Shown here piece after piece: positions 1 to 8,201 of a stretch of 32,000 nt of DNA. The position numbers and the translations under genes are program-made. The DNA is taken from assembly GCF_000008465.1 (NCBI RefSeq), contig NC_006512.1:1320001-1352000 (forward strand), in the 5' to 3' direction. Within the stretch, counting starts at the first letter, position 1. Each line of letters starts with the position of its first letter. This DNA is from Idiomarina loihiensis L2TR. Lineage in GTDB: Bacteria > Pseudomonadota > Gammaproteobacteria > Enterobacterales > Alteromonadaceae. The notes under the pieces are model-generated. The model saw only the letters and a list, made by a program, of their open reading frames with translations. It had not been told where the DNA came from and did not search any database.

Positions 1-904
1 CATAATTTGTTGAGGTTCTGTGTTGGCAAGATAACCGCATCCCCGCGTCTAATTCATTGGCGCTCAATAACGCTTTTTCAGCGGCTTTAGGACTAGGTAT
101 ATCGCTGCCTTGTAGTGTTACTTTACATAATCCACAAGTTCCACCTCCACCACAGCTGCTGGCAATTGGTTTCCCTTTCTGTTGAAAGTATTCTAGCCAT
201 GTTTTTTTCCGATTTGGATTAAAGTCACCGTTAGTAATATTTCGGCCTAAAAGAATTAGCCCGGATAACGAAAACCAAAGAGCGAATAACCCGGCACTCC
301 AAATCAATAAATGATTAAAGCTTCGGCCACCAGTGTAATCCATAAAATGCAGACGAAATGCCCAGTCAGCTATTGTCCATGGTGTATTGCGATGCTCCAC
401 TACCTGAGATGAGGCTTCATCGATGTATATCCGAGTATTAAGATCATCTTTAATATCAATGCGAAACCCCGAAGCTTCCCAGCCATTCACTTCATCGCTT
501 CCCATGACTCTTTCAACCGCTTCGACGTGACCCGGACCATTATAGCTACTGAGCGCTAATTGGGTTGCCAAAGCCTCACCGGTAGACCAGTTTTCGTTTG
601 TGTTAGCGTTGAAATACAGGACATTTCCATCTGCCAATGTCACTTGATACTGACCAACCCCAGCAACACTTACCAGTTCAATTAAATGTGCTGATGGAAA
701 CCTTTGGTACATTTCAGTAAAGTCGACCTGAGTTGCTAATTTTTTAAGCGGCGGCTTAGAGTTTTCGGAGACCATGTATTGATGACCCGACATTCCATGA
801 TGGCCAGTTATACTGAAAAAGAAACCACTCACTAGCCACAAAGCGACCTGAATAACTAAAATTAAACTCACCCAACGATGAAGCCATTGTATAAACCTTA
901 TCAT
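1..904 (-). CDS. PepSY/VciB-like two-TM membrane protein fused C-terminally to an NqrF-type [2Fe-2S] ferredoxin module (partial; 3' part lies beyond the left window edge)
   Basis: Not in the ORF track because it is open at the window edge. My minus-strand translation from ATG 904-902 reads MIRFIQWLHRWVSLILVIQVALWLVSGFFF...WAFRLHFMDYTGGRSFNHLLIWSAGLFALWFSLSGLILLGR...KPIASSCGGGGTCGLCKVTLQG...DAGMRLSCQHR, with no stop down to base 1. The start overlaps the upstream stop as ATGA (901-904). It shares the HRW and LH(F/I)MDY motifs with the 901..1632 product. CGGGGxCGxC...RLxCQ resembles the NqrF / ferredoxin-reductase cluster motif. Confidence 0.75.
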   Translation of the reverse strand, partial: MIRFIQWLHRWVSLILVIQVALWLVSGFFFSITGHHGMSGHQYMVSENSKPPLKKLATQVDFTEMYQRFPSAHLIELVSVAGVGQYQVTLADGNVLYFNANTNENWSTGEALATQLALSSYNGPGHVEAVERVMGSDEVNGWEASGFRIDIKDDLNTRIYIDEASSQVVEHRNTPWTIADWAFRLHFMDYTGGRSFNHLLIWSAGLFALWFSLSGLILLGRNITNGDFNPNRKKTWLEYFQQKGKPIASSCGGGGTCGLCKVTLQGSDIPSPKAAEKALLSANELDAGMRLSCQHRTSTNY

Positions 905-1632
905 TGGGCACCTCCGATCGGTCTTCTTTTAAACGTTATGGTATAAAGGAGCAAAACAATGCCCGTTATCATTAAAATAAATGTACCGATAATAAAGGCT
1001 TTTAACCACCACGTTTCTATATCCACACGTTCATCGTAGTCCATTATGTGTAGCATCCAGACAATGTCGAAACCACGCCAGAAAGTGTGTCGTTTTACGA
1101 GCAAATCACCCGTTGTTTCAGACAAGTAAAGGCTGGTATTACCAAAGTCATCGTAGTTCACTTGCCATACTGGCAACAAAGTTTCACTAATTTCAGTTGG
1201 TGGGTTATCCGTCATATAAACAACGGATTCAATGTCTGCACTCTCTTGTGCGTAGTATCGGTTGGCCAAGTCTTCAATATGATGCTGAGTTATTTCAATG
1301 CGCTCTAACGATTTTGCATTAACCAAAAACTCACCTTTATCACTTTTTAACTTGTATACTGGCTGTAGCTTACCATCTAGTCTGCGAGCCTCTAGTGAGG
1401 CTTTTTCAGTTTCAGGATAACGCGTTAATAACTTATCTAAATCTGATACCTCAGTACCTTCAGGTAAAGGCTGACTAACATCCTGAACTAAGTGATCTCC
1501 GTGAATATAATCCAAGTCGAAGAACACCATGTAAGCACCACTTATTGTCCAAATGACCATTTGCAAGCCAAAAACCAAAGATAACCAGCGGTGCCAGACT
1601 CTCCATTGACTCGAACGTTTTTTTTCCGACAT
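901..1632 (-). CDS. PepSY-associated two-TM membrane protein (VciB/PiuB-like putative periplasm-facing reductase component)
   Basis: 243-aa ORF. N-terminal TM region WHRWLSLVFGLQMVIWTISGAYMVFF, a soluble middle domain of about 150 aa, then WMLHIMDYDER followed by a second TM. GAGG RBS before the ATG. Lies directly downstream of a TonB-dependent receptor. Confidence 0.8.
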   Translation of the reverse strand: MSEKKRSSQWRVWHRWLSLVFGLQMVIWTISGAYMVFFDLDYIHGDHLVQDVSQPLPEGTEVSDLDKLLTRYPETEKASLEARRLDGKLQPVYKLKSDKGEFLVNAKSLERIEITQHHIEDLANRYYAQESADIESVVYMTDNPPTEISETLLPVWQVNYDDFGNTSLYLSETTGDLLVKRHTFWRGFDIVWMLHIMDYDERVDIETWWLKAFIIGTFILMITGIVLLLYTITFKRRPIGGAQ

Positions 1633-1653
1633 GTCGTCCTACCTCAAATTTCA

Positions 1654-1690
1654 TATAAAAAGGCTGCCGCTCCCAGGGAAAAGCGACAGC
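1654..1690 (-). terminator. Rho-independent terminator/attenuator between the receptor gene and the PepSY genes
   Basis: On the minus strand the sequence reads GGCTGTCGCT-TTTCCCTGGG-AGCGGCAGCC. This is a 10-bp stem with one mismatch, followed by TTTTTAT. It starts 12 nt after the receptor stop codon. Confidence 0.6.
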
Positions 1691-1701
1691 CAGTTCACTA
1701 A

Positions 1702-4407
1702 TCAAAAGCTGTAACGTACCTTCAAGTACAACTGACGACCTAATAAGTCGTAAGTCATAGTGTCAGTATTTGCGTCCGTCCAGCTTTGAATATAAGGCGG
1801 CTCTTTGTCGAAAAGATTATTAACGCCACCCGTCACACTCAAATCGGAATTTATGAAATAAGTGCCTTGAACATTATGGTAAAAGACGCTCGGTGCGCGG
1901 GCTCCAATATCTTCTGGAGCGGCATTAATGTCGTCAGCAGCCCCTATATATTGCACTGAATAATGTATGCGCCAATCCTGCTTCATAAAGGTTCCCGAAG
2001 CATTTGAACGCCAATGCGTATAACTTCCTCTGCCTCCGGTGATGAACCCGGCATACTCAATTTCATCCGCACCAACAAAAGGCGCAAATGTATACTCATT
2101 TAAGTAACTGACATTCCAACTGAAGTCACTTTTCCAACCCAGTAGCTCGGTGTTATAAAATAAAGCGGTATCGATACCCGATACATTTTCAGTTGCGGCA
2201 TTGGTGGGTTGAGCAGACAAAAAGTCAATATCGCCAGTTAAAGAGTCTCTCGTAAAGTGCTCTGGACTGCAAAATGGGTGCGATAAATTTTCTGAGTTAT
2301 AGCAGACAGACAGCTTCGTTGAACCGGGAATCCTTTGGATAGCATTCTCAATATCAATATCGTAATAATCAACCGTCAATTGTAAATTGTCAGCCGAACC
2401 GATATCCCATACAAACCCAGCAGTGAAAGTATCTGCGTCTTCCGGCTTTAAATCGGGATTCCCGCCAACAGTAGTAAGCACCGTCGCACCAAACTGTTGA
2501 TACCCTGCAGGAACGCCATCTGCTTGGCAGTTTGCCGCCACAGTCGGGTTCGCGCCAGTTTGGTCCCATCCGTCACACGGATCCGTTGTGGTCAAGTTCC
2601 CTTCGGCAACACCACCAAAGAGTTCAGGTATATTTGGAATACGAAAAGCTGTTGACTGAGTCGCACGCACTTTCAAAGCATCCGATACACGCCAATGAAC
2701 ACTCGCCTTGTAATTTCCATCACTACCGAAGGTGTCATAGTCACTGTAACGATACGCTAAATCCAAATTCAATGACTGAACCAATGGTAAATCAGCCAAC
2801 AAAGGCAAGGACGTTTCAGCATAAACTTCATCGACCGTATAACTTCCTTCTATTGGGTCAGCCTGATTGGTATTCATGATACCGGCGACAATTGACGAGT
2901 CAGGATTACGCCATCCTTTTTCTTTTCGGTGTTCGACACCAAAAGCGACAGGAACCCACCCAGACGGCATTTCGAATAGATCGCCGGAAATATTTGCTGT
3001 TAATGAACGCTGCTCATTACCACCATTATCAGTCGTCCGAAACATAATGTAGTCCAAAGCATCTTGAGATAGGTCTCCGTAACCCAACAAGTCAATACAG
3101 GGAGTACCATTGGATCCGCAAGTGCTTGGGTCTAAACCTGCAGATAAACGCTGCATATTGACGATATTGGTCATACCGTCAATGGCTGTATTACGGCCAT
3201 AGTTATAAGCAACTTCCCAATTCCAGCCAGCGCCAACAACACCGCTCAATCCTACGACCGTTCTGAACGTATTAACGTCTTGGAAAAAGCTTCTTGTTCC
3301 GCCTTCTAGTAAGCGACGGCCCTCAAGTCGAATTGTTTCGCCCGTTGGGTTTGTTGGGTGACTGGCATCAAACTCAATACCTCTTATAGTTCCGGGCGTA
3401 GCCAATTGGTCTGACGTGCGGTTGTTGTATAAAACTTCGGTAAATGCCGTCGTATCTGACGAAAGTTGGTAATCACCGAAAACAGAGAAATTCCAGTTAG
3501 TGATCGGGTTGACCGAGTTCAAGTAGGGAAAAGATGCAGAATTGTGCTTCTCTGAGCTGTACGGTTCGTAAAAGTCCCCATCGCCGTCAGCGTCTTGGCT
3601 GAAGTTGATCCTATCACCTGCATTTGGTCCCGTTAATATCGTTGCACGGCCTCCAATGGTACTTGAACTTCCAATACAATCTAATTGACCGGGTGTTATT
3701 TCACTCAAAGCACAGCCGGCTTGATCAGCCATATTGACCTCATCGGAAGACCGGTAGCCTAGAGTCGCCATTATGCGACCTTTGTCGCTGCTGGCGCCAA
3801 AGATCATGTTAACTTTACGATCTTGGCCCTCACCGTCATCTGTCGAGCCCAAGCGCCCTTCTATAGTAAAGCCGTCATAACTTTTACGAGTGATGATGTT
3901 GACCACACCTGCTACAGCATCCGCACCGTATATCGCTGAAGCGCCGTCTTTCAGTACTTCGATACGTTGGATCATTTCGACAGGTATCATATTTAAGTCG
4001 ACTGAACTATTAGCACCGGTCCCACCATTTACAACACGGCGGCCATTCAGAAGCACAAGTGTTCGGTTAATGCCCAGTCCACGCAAATTAACTTGAGCGG
4101 TACCATAGCCATTACCTGTCCAATAAGCATTGCTCTGACTGCCAGCAAAACCAGCGGAGGCTGACATTCTCTGTAAAATCATTTCTACCGAGGTCATTCC
4201 CGATACTTCAATATCTTCCGCCGTAAAAACCTGAACAGGAGCAGCACTTTCGGCTTCGATTCGCTGAATTCGCGAACCGGTCACCGTGATTTTCTCAACG
4301 TTTTCGGCTTCAGTATCACCAGGCCCTGACTGAGCCCAAACGGTTGTTGTATTAAAGAGTGCCGCAGATACGCCTATAGCGACAGCAGACTTAAGTAACT
4401 TTTGCAT
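1702..4407 (-). CDS. TonB-dependent outer-membrane receptor (901 aa)
   Basis: Signal peptide MQKLLKSAVAIGVSAALFNTTTVWAQS. TonB-box-like EKITVTGSRI. Plug motifs (NLRGLGINRTLVLLNGRR, IEVLKDGASAIYGADAVAGVVNIITR). Long beta-barrel ending in the aromatic terminus YLKVRYSF. GAGGTG RBS at 4414-4419. Confidence 0.95.
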   Translation of the reverse strand: MQKLLKSAVAIGVSAALFNTTTVWAQSGPGDTEAENVEKITVTGSRIQRIEAESAAPVQVFTAEDIEVSGMTSVEMILQRMSASAGFAGSQSNAYWTGNGYGTAQVNLRGLGINRTLVLLNGRRVVNGGTGANSSVDLNMIPVEMIQRIEVLKDGASAIYGADAVAGVVNIITRKSYDGFTIEGRLGSTDDGEGQDRKVNMIFGASSDKGRIMATLGYRSSDEVNMADQAGCALSEITPGQLDCIGSSSTIGGRATILTGPNAGDRINFSQDADGDGDFYEPYSSEKHNSASFPYLNSVNPITNWNFSVFGDYQLSSDTTAFTEVLYNNRTSDQLATPGTIRGIEFDASHPTNPTGETIRLEGRRLLEGGTRSFFQDVNTFRTVVGLSGVVGAGWNWEVAYNYGRNTAIDGMTNIVNMQRLSAGLDPSTCGSNGTPCIDLLGYGDLSQDALDYIMFRTTDNGGNEQRSLTANISGDLFEMPSGWVPVAFGVEHRKEKGWRNPDSSIVAGIMNTNQADPIEGSYTVDEVYAETSLPLLADLPLVQSLNLDLAYRYSDYDTFGSDGNYKASVHWRVSDALKVRATQSTAFRIPNIPELFGGVAEGNLTTTDPCDGWDQTGANPTVAANCQADGVPAGYQQFGATVLTTVGGNPDLKPEDADTFTAGFVWDIGSADNLQLTVDYYDIDIENAIQRIPGSTKLSVCYNSENLSHPFCSPEHFTRDSLTGDIDFLSAQPTNAATENVSGIDTALFYNTELLGWKSDFSWNVSYLNEYTFAPFVGADEIEYAGFITGGRGSYTHWRSNASGTFMKQDWRIHYSVQYIGAADDINAAPEDIGARAPSVFYHNVQGTYFINSDLSVTGGVNNLFDKEPPYIQSWTDANTDTMTYDLLGRQLYLKVRYSF

Positions 4408-4470
4408 TTTGTCACCTCGATTAAATTATAATTATTTTACTTTCCGATTAGACTTCGTACTGCCATCTAA

Positions 4471-4584
4471 GTTGTTTATACAACCTTCAGAATAGAAACC
4501 TTAGGATTTTAGTCAAGCTAAAAACGATTAAAGTTGTATAAAAAACCCTTTAATAGCAAAGCTTATAGAGGTTGTATATTCAAC
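4471..4584. promoter_or_regulatory. Three 14-bp dyads of form GTTG-N6-CAAC (candidate operator sites)
   Basis: GTTGTTTATACAAC (4471-4484), GTTGTATAAAAAAC (4533-4546) and GTTGTATATTCAAC (4571-4584), all in the divergent intergenic region. Confidence 0.4.
4489..4516 (-). promoter_or_regulatory. Putative sigma70 promoter for the TonB-dependent receptor gene
   Basis: Minus strand reads TTGACT (4511-4516), a 16-nt spacer, then TATTCT (4489-4494). The first GTTG-N6-CAAC dyad begins 4 nt downstream of the -10. Sequence-only prediction in AT-rich DNA. Confidence 0.3.
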
Positions 4585-4795
4585 TTTAAGTTATCCTCAT
4601 GTATCAATAATCTTTTAAAATAAGCTCTTCAAGATAGCTAGAAAAGCAATAAAAAAAGTTGTCCACTTTTTTCAAAATAAAAATAATTTTTCATTTTTAA
4701 TGAATTTTTACCCTCTTCTGATTATTGATGCTTTTAATCTTTTGTCGACTATAATGCGTACATGAATACATAACTTTTACGTAAGGAACTTGGCT

Positions 4796-5542
4796 ATGAG
4801 TCAGTCAACTCAAAAAGCTACGCTTTACAGAATGTCAACGCCTGATCACCAGTGCCCTTTTGGGCTAAAAACCAGGCACTTACTTAAAGCCAACGGTTAC
4901 GATGTGGACGACAACCTGTTGGAAAGCCGAGAAGAAACCGACAAATTCAAGAAAAAGCACGACGTCGATACCACTCCACAAGTGTTTATTGGTGATAAAC
5001 GTATCGGTGGGTACGAGGAGGTTCGAGCCTTTCTTGGAAAGCCTCTTCCTGACCCTGACGCAACCAGTTACCGACCCGTTATTGCATTATTTACTATGAC
5101 GGCACTCCTCTCTGTAGCCACGTCGTGGTTGTCTTTTGGTCGCGTATTTACCGTACAAACCATCGAGTGGTTCATCAGTTTCTCTATGGTGGTTCTGGCC
5201 TTGCTCAAACTCCAGGACGTAGAGAAGTTCTCTACCATGTTTCTCAATTACGATCTTCTCGCCAAAAAATGGGTGCCTTATGGCCGTATTTATCCCTATG
5301 CCGAAGGCTTGGCGGGTCTGTTAATGGCAGCCGAATTCGCCCATGTCATATCCATACCCGTCGCATTATTCATCGGCATCGTAGGCTCTATATCGGTGTT
5401 TAAAGCCGTTTATGTCGACAAACGCGAGCTAAAATGTGCCTGTGTCGGTGGCTCCAGTAATGTGCCGTTAGGCTTCATTTCGCTCACTGAAAACCTCATG
5501 ATGGTCGCTATGGCTGTCTGGATGTTTTTTACAATGAACTAG
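4796..5542 (+). CDS. Glutaredoxin-domain / MauE-DoxX-like membrane protein fusion
   Basis: N-terminus has a glutaredoxin fold signature (LYRMSTPDHQCPFGLKTRHLL...TTPQVFIGDKRIGGYEEV). It is followed by about 4 TM helices of MauE type, with a C-terminal CACVGG. The track start at 4790 is TTG. I prefer ATG 4796, which lies 8 nt after AAGGA. Confidence 0.8.
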   Translation: MSQSTQKATLYRMSTPDHQCPFGLKTRHLLKANGYDVDDNLLESREETDKFKKKHDVDTTPQVFIGDKRIGGYEEVRAFLGKPLPDPDATSYRPVIALFTMTALLSVATSWLSFGRVFTVQTIEWFISFSMVVLALLKLQDVEKFSTMFLNYDLLAKKWVPYGRIYPYAEGLAGLLMAAEFAHVISIPVALFIGIVGSISVFKAVYVDKRELKCACVGGSSNVPLGFISLTENLMMVAMAVWMFFTMN

Positions 5543-5567
5543 AAAAAGAGCGCTATGCGCTCTTTTT
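5543..5567. terminator. Bidirectional rho-independent terminator shared by the convergent grx-mauE gene and the copper operon
   Basis: AAAAAGAGCGC-TAT-GCGCTCTTTTT is a perfect GC-rich stem flanked by an A-run and a T-run. It sits between the stops at 5542 (+) and 5569 (-). Confidence 0.85.
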
Positions 5568-5568
5568 C

Positions 5569-6879
5569 TTAACGCTTTTTACGTAAAAACAAAATCTCAC
5601 CAGCGGCAATCAATGCCATACCGATAAGAGACGCCCAAATCACCAGCGGATCGCTCGTCCATTTCACCCATATAAAAGCGACTAAAACGATGACGTCTAG
5701 CGTGATTGCGCTGACAAGTATGTAAATATTGGCATTCACCTTTTGCCTTAGATGCCGTAATACGCCCCAGTGGATCGCAATGTCCATCACGATATAAAAA
5801 ATAGCGCCCAGTGACGCAATTCGACTCAAATCGAAGAATGCCGCTAAGATCATAGCCATAACAATGGTGTAAACCAGCGTATGCTTCTGAATGGAACCTG
5901 GCATGCCAAAATGACTGTGTGGAACAAGCTTCATATTGGTCAACATGGCTAACATTCTTGAAACGGCAAACGCGCTGGCAATCACTCCTGATACCGTTGC
6001 TACAATTGCAAAAGCGACCGTCACCCATAGTCCGGTCTCGCCATAGACGGGTCTGGCTGCTTCAGAAAGCGCGTAGTCTTTCGCTTTCACAATCTCATCT
6101 ATGGACAGGCTCGAGCCAACCGCCAGAGTGACCAGAACGTATATTAACGCGCAGATAATCAGCGAAATAATAATGGCACGCCCGACATTTCTCTTAGGCT
6201 CAACAATTTCACCGCCACTATTGGTTATTGTTGTAAACCCTTTGTACGCAAGTATGCTTAAAGCAATACCCGCTAAAATACCGCCACCCGTAGCTTCTTC
6301 TGGAATAGCCGATATCGATTCAAACTGAATGCCTGAGGCCCACAAACCACCAGCCGCTAAAATGACCAACCCTAAAGTCTTAACAAAGGCCATAAAAAAC
6401 GAGAACGTTTGAATAAACTGATTACTCAAAATATTGATAAAAAACGCAAAGACCAGCAAACCCACCGCCAACAAAGGGATAAGCCACTGCGCTTCAAAAG
6501 AAATTAACTGGCTGGTATAAGACGCAAATGTCCGAGCGACTAAACTTTCATTAATCACCATAGAAAAGTACATCAAGAGTGCGAATATCGCCGTCACACT
6601 TCCTTTTCCATAAGCTTTACTGAGGAACATCGCAATACCGCCCGCTGACGGATAGGCTTTCGCCAACTTAACGTAAGAGTAAGCGCTAAAGCCGGCAATG
6701 ATACCGCCGCACACAAACGCCAGGACAAACCACTCTCTTGCCAGCTGAGCAACTTGTCCGGTCAGTGCAAAAATACCAGCGCCAATCATCACACCAGTCC
6801 CCAGCGACACCGCCCCCCAAAGACTCAGGCTGCTTTTCTGATAATCCTGATGTCCGTGTTCATGATTGTGTTCTGCCAT
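5569..6879 (-). CDS. APC-superfamily amino-acid/polyamine-type permease with a His-rich N-terminus; last gene of the copper operon
   Basis: 436 aa with about 12 TM helices and a typical APC pattern (GAGIFALTG, GGEIVEPKRN). The N-terminus is MAEHNHEHGHQDYQ. AGGAG RBS. A 21-nt gap separates it from the upstream gene. Confidence 0.85.
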   Translation of the reverse strand: MAEHNHEHGHQDYQKSSLSLWGAVSLGTGVMIGAGIFALTGQVAQLAREWFVLAFVCGGIIAGFSAYSYVKLAKAYPSAGGIAMFLSKAYGKGSVTAIFALLMYFSMVINESLVARTFASYTSQLISFEAQWLIPLLAVGLLVFAFFINILSNQFIQTFSFFMAFVKTLGLVILAAGGLWASGIQFESISAIPEEATGGGILAGIALSILAYKGFTTITNSGGEIVEPKRNVGRAIIISLIICALIYVLVTLAVGSSLSIDEIVKAKDYALSEAARPVYGETGLWVTVAFAIVATVSGVIASAFAVSRMLAMLTNMKLVPHSHFGMPGSIQKHTLVYTIVMAMILAAFFDLSRIASLGAIFYIVMDIAIHWGVLRHLRQKVNANIYILVSAITLDVIVLVAFIWVKWTSDPLVIWASLIGMALIAAGEILFLRKKR

Positions 6880-6900
6880 AATCAGCTCCTGTGATTGAAC

Positions 6901-7335
6901 TCAGTTGGACCAATGGATCCGGATAATTTTCCAGCCAGACTCAGTCGTATTTGATACGGTTACGGTTTCATTCATCGTTAAATCAACCTCACGCCCGTTA
7001 TACTCCCCGGAAACGCTATACCGAGAAGTGATCACAGCAAGGCCATCGGCTTCTTGTACTGTCCTTTCAAGCAACTGTGAAGGAACCGCCTGGCTAAACT
7101 TAATATCTGACTTAAGGTGATGAGCACTGTACTCGGCCAAGGATCGTTCAACACCACCACCTTCAAAGATAAACACATCATTGGAAAGCACATCTCTAAC
7201 GACTTCCGTGTCACCTTCAGTTAAAGCAGTTCGAAATGCATCAAGCACAGCGGTCGGCTCAGATAGTTTTTCGGCGCTACTGGGCGCTGAAATAAACATT
7301 ACCGAAACCATAAAAACACTCACAAGTAATTTCAT
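6901..7335 (-). CDS. Secreted SnoaL-like / DUF4440 (NTF2-fold) protein
   Basis: 144 aa with signal peptide MKLLVSVFMVSVMFISAPSSA. The LDAFRTALTEGD...VRDVLSNDVFIFEGG pattern is typical of NTF2-like folds. AAGGAA RBS. Lies 17 nt after the copD stop. Confidence 0.55.
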   Translation of the reverse strand: MKLLVSVFMVSVMFISAPSSAEKLSEPTAVLDAFRTALTEGDTEVVRDVLSNDVFIFEGGGVERSLAEYSAHHLKSDIKFSQAVPSQLLERTVQEADGLAVITSRYSVSGEYNGREVDLTMNETVTVSNTTESGWKIIRIHWSN

Positions 7336-7352
7336 TCTTCTTATTCCTTACA

Positions 7353-8201
7353 TTAACCGGGGGAAAACGCGCTGCTTAGCGCAGAGGCCAGGATAAAAAT
7401 AGTGACAGCCAATACCATTTCCGCCGTTATGGAGTTTTTGAGTCGCTTGGCGGCCGCGTTATCATTTAATTGCGGTACGAACTTTAATTTATGCAATGCG
7501 GCAACAAGGAGAATCAGCGCCACAAACACAAGTTTCGCTAGTAGTACCGTGTCATACGACGTAAGCGGCAGCTCTGGCATCCATCGCCCTGTTGCACTAC
7601 GATACATAACCAAGCCCGCAATAAGGAGTATTGGAACCGCTGCAGACATATGCACACCAAAACGCTCCATAATGGCTTTCGCTTTAGCAAGCGGTACCGA
7701 CGTTGCCAGCTTTCGCAATGAGTTAAGACTGCCGAACCAAACCCAAGCGACTAACAAGTGTGTTAAAAGCGCTAGCTTTCCCCACCAGACGGCGTCACTG
7801 CCGTGACCAATACTTAAAAAGCTCCATCCCATGAGTCCAATGGCGACAACATATAGCACCCACTTTATACGTTTTAGCTTAACAACAGAGTAAACAATCC
7901 AAGCAATAGCAACCGCTATCTGAAGTTGGATGAACAACCCAACAGGGCCGGTCCATATAAACTGCATGTAGGTCGTGTCAATCATGCCGGCAAAGCCTTC
8001 AGCAGCAAAACTACCGACTTTCAGAAAAAAATACAGAAGGCTTGCCAGTAATAGAAGCAACGCAACAAGCCTATTCTTTCGTTCAGACTGCTTTTTTAAA
8101 CCGGACAAATAAACGATATAAGGCGAGGCGGTCATCACCGCGTTAAGCCAGAATATAAAGGCCAACGTTAAAACGCTGGCCACACTCCAAAGGGTCATCA
8201 T
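7353..8201 (-). CDS. copD: Copper resistance protein CopD (inner membrane)
   Basis: 282 aa, polytopic (about 8 TM). Its start overlaps the copC stop (ATGATGA). Position after copC is the canonical copABCD order. Confidence 0.8.
   Translation of the reverse strand: MMTLWSVASVLTLAFIFWLNAVMTASPYIVYLSGLKKQSERKNRLVALLLLLASLLYFFLKVGSFAAEGFAGMIDTTYMQFIWTGPVGLFIQLQIAVAIAWIVYSVVKLKRIKWVLYVVAIGLMGWSFLSIGHGSDAVWWGKLALLTHLLVAWVWFGSLNSLRKLATSVPLAKAKAIMERFGVHMSAAVPILLIAGLVMYRSATGRWMPELPLTSYDTVLLAKLVFVALILLVAALHKLKFVPQLNDNAAAKRLKNSITAEMVLAVTIFILASALSSAFSPG

Noticed and set aside
1-3. CAT at bases 1-3 as a possible minus-strand start codon of a gene to the left
   Set aside because: It is not in the frame of the open reading frame that crosses the edge. 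That frame continues uninterrupted from 904, so this is an internal out-of-frame triplet.
1475-1705. 76-aa minus-strand ORF bridging the receptor stop and the PepSY gene start
   Set aside because: It overlaps the PepSY gene in another frame and spans the terminator hairpin. The PepSY frame has the RBS and family motifs.
2532-4096. Plus-strand ORFs inside the TonB-dependent receptor gene (2532..2879, 2867..3052, 3890..4096)
   Set aside because: They are antisense to a 901-aa gene with unmistakable family motifs. They have no RBS and their translations have no recognisable features.
4421-4440. Fur-like AT-rich stretch (AAAATAATTATAATTTAAT on the minus strand) and a TATAAT hexamer just upstream of the receptor start
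   Set aside because: Only the first half resembles the Fur consensus. The TATAAT lies 18 nt from the ATG with no -35. The region is so AT-rich that such matches are expected by chance.
4651-4675. A/T-only hairpin AAAAAAGT-TGTCC-ACTTTTTT in the divergent region
   Set aside because: An all-A/T 8-bp stem is thermodynamically weak, and such a sequence is expected by chance in DNA of this composition.
5597-6328. Alternative-frame and antisense ORFs within the APC permease gene (5597..6028, 5919..6131, 6101..6328)
   Set aside because: The 436-aa frame gives a coherent 12-TM permease. The alternatives are Cys/Arg-rich and have no start context.
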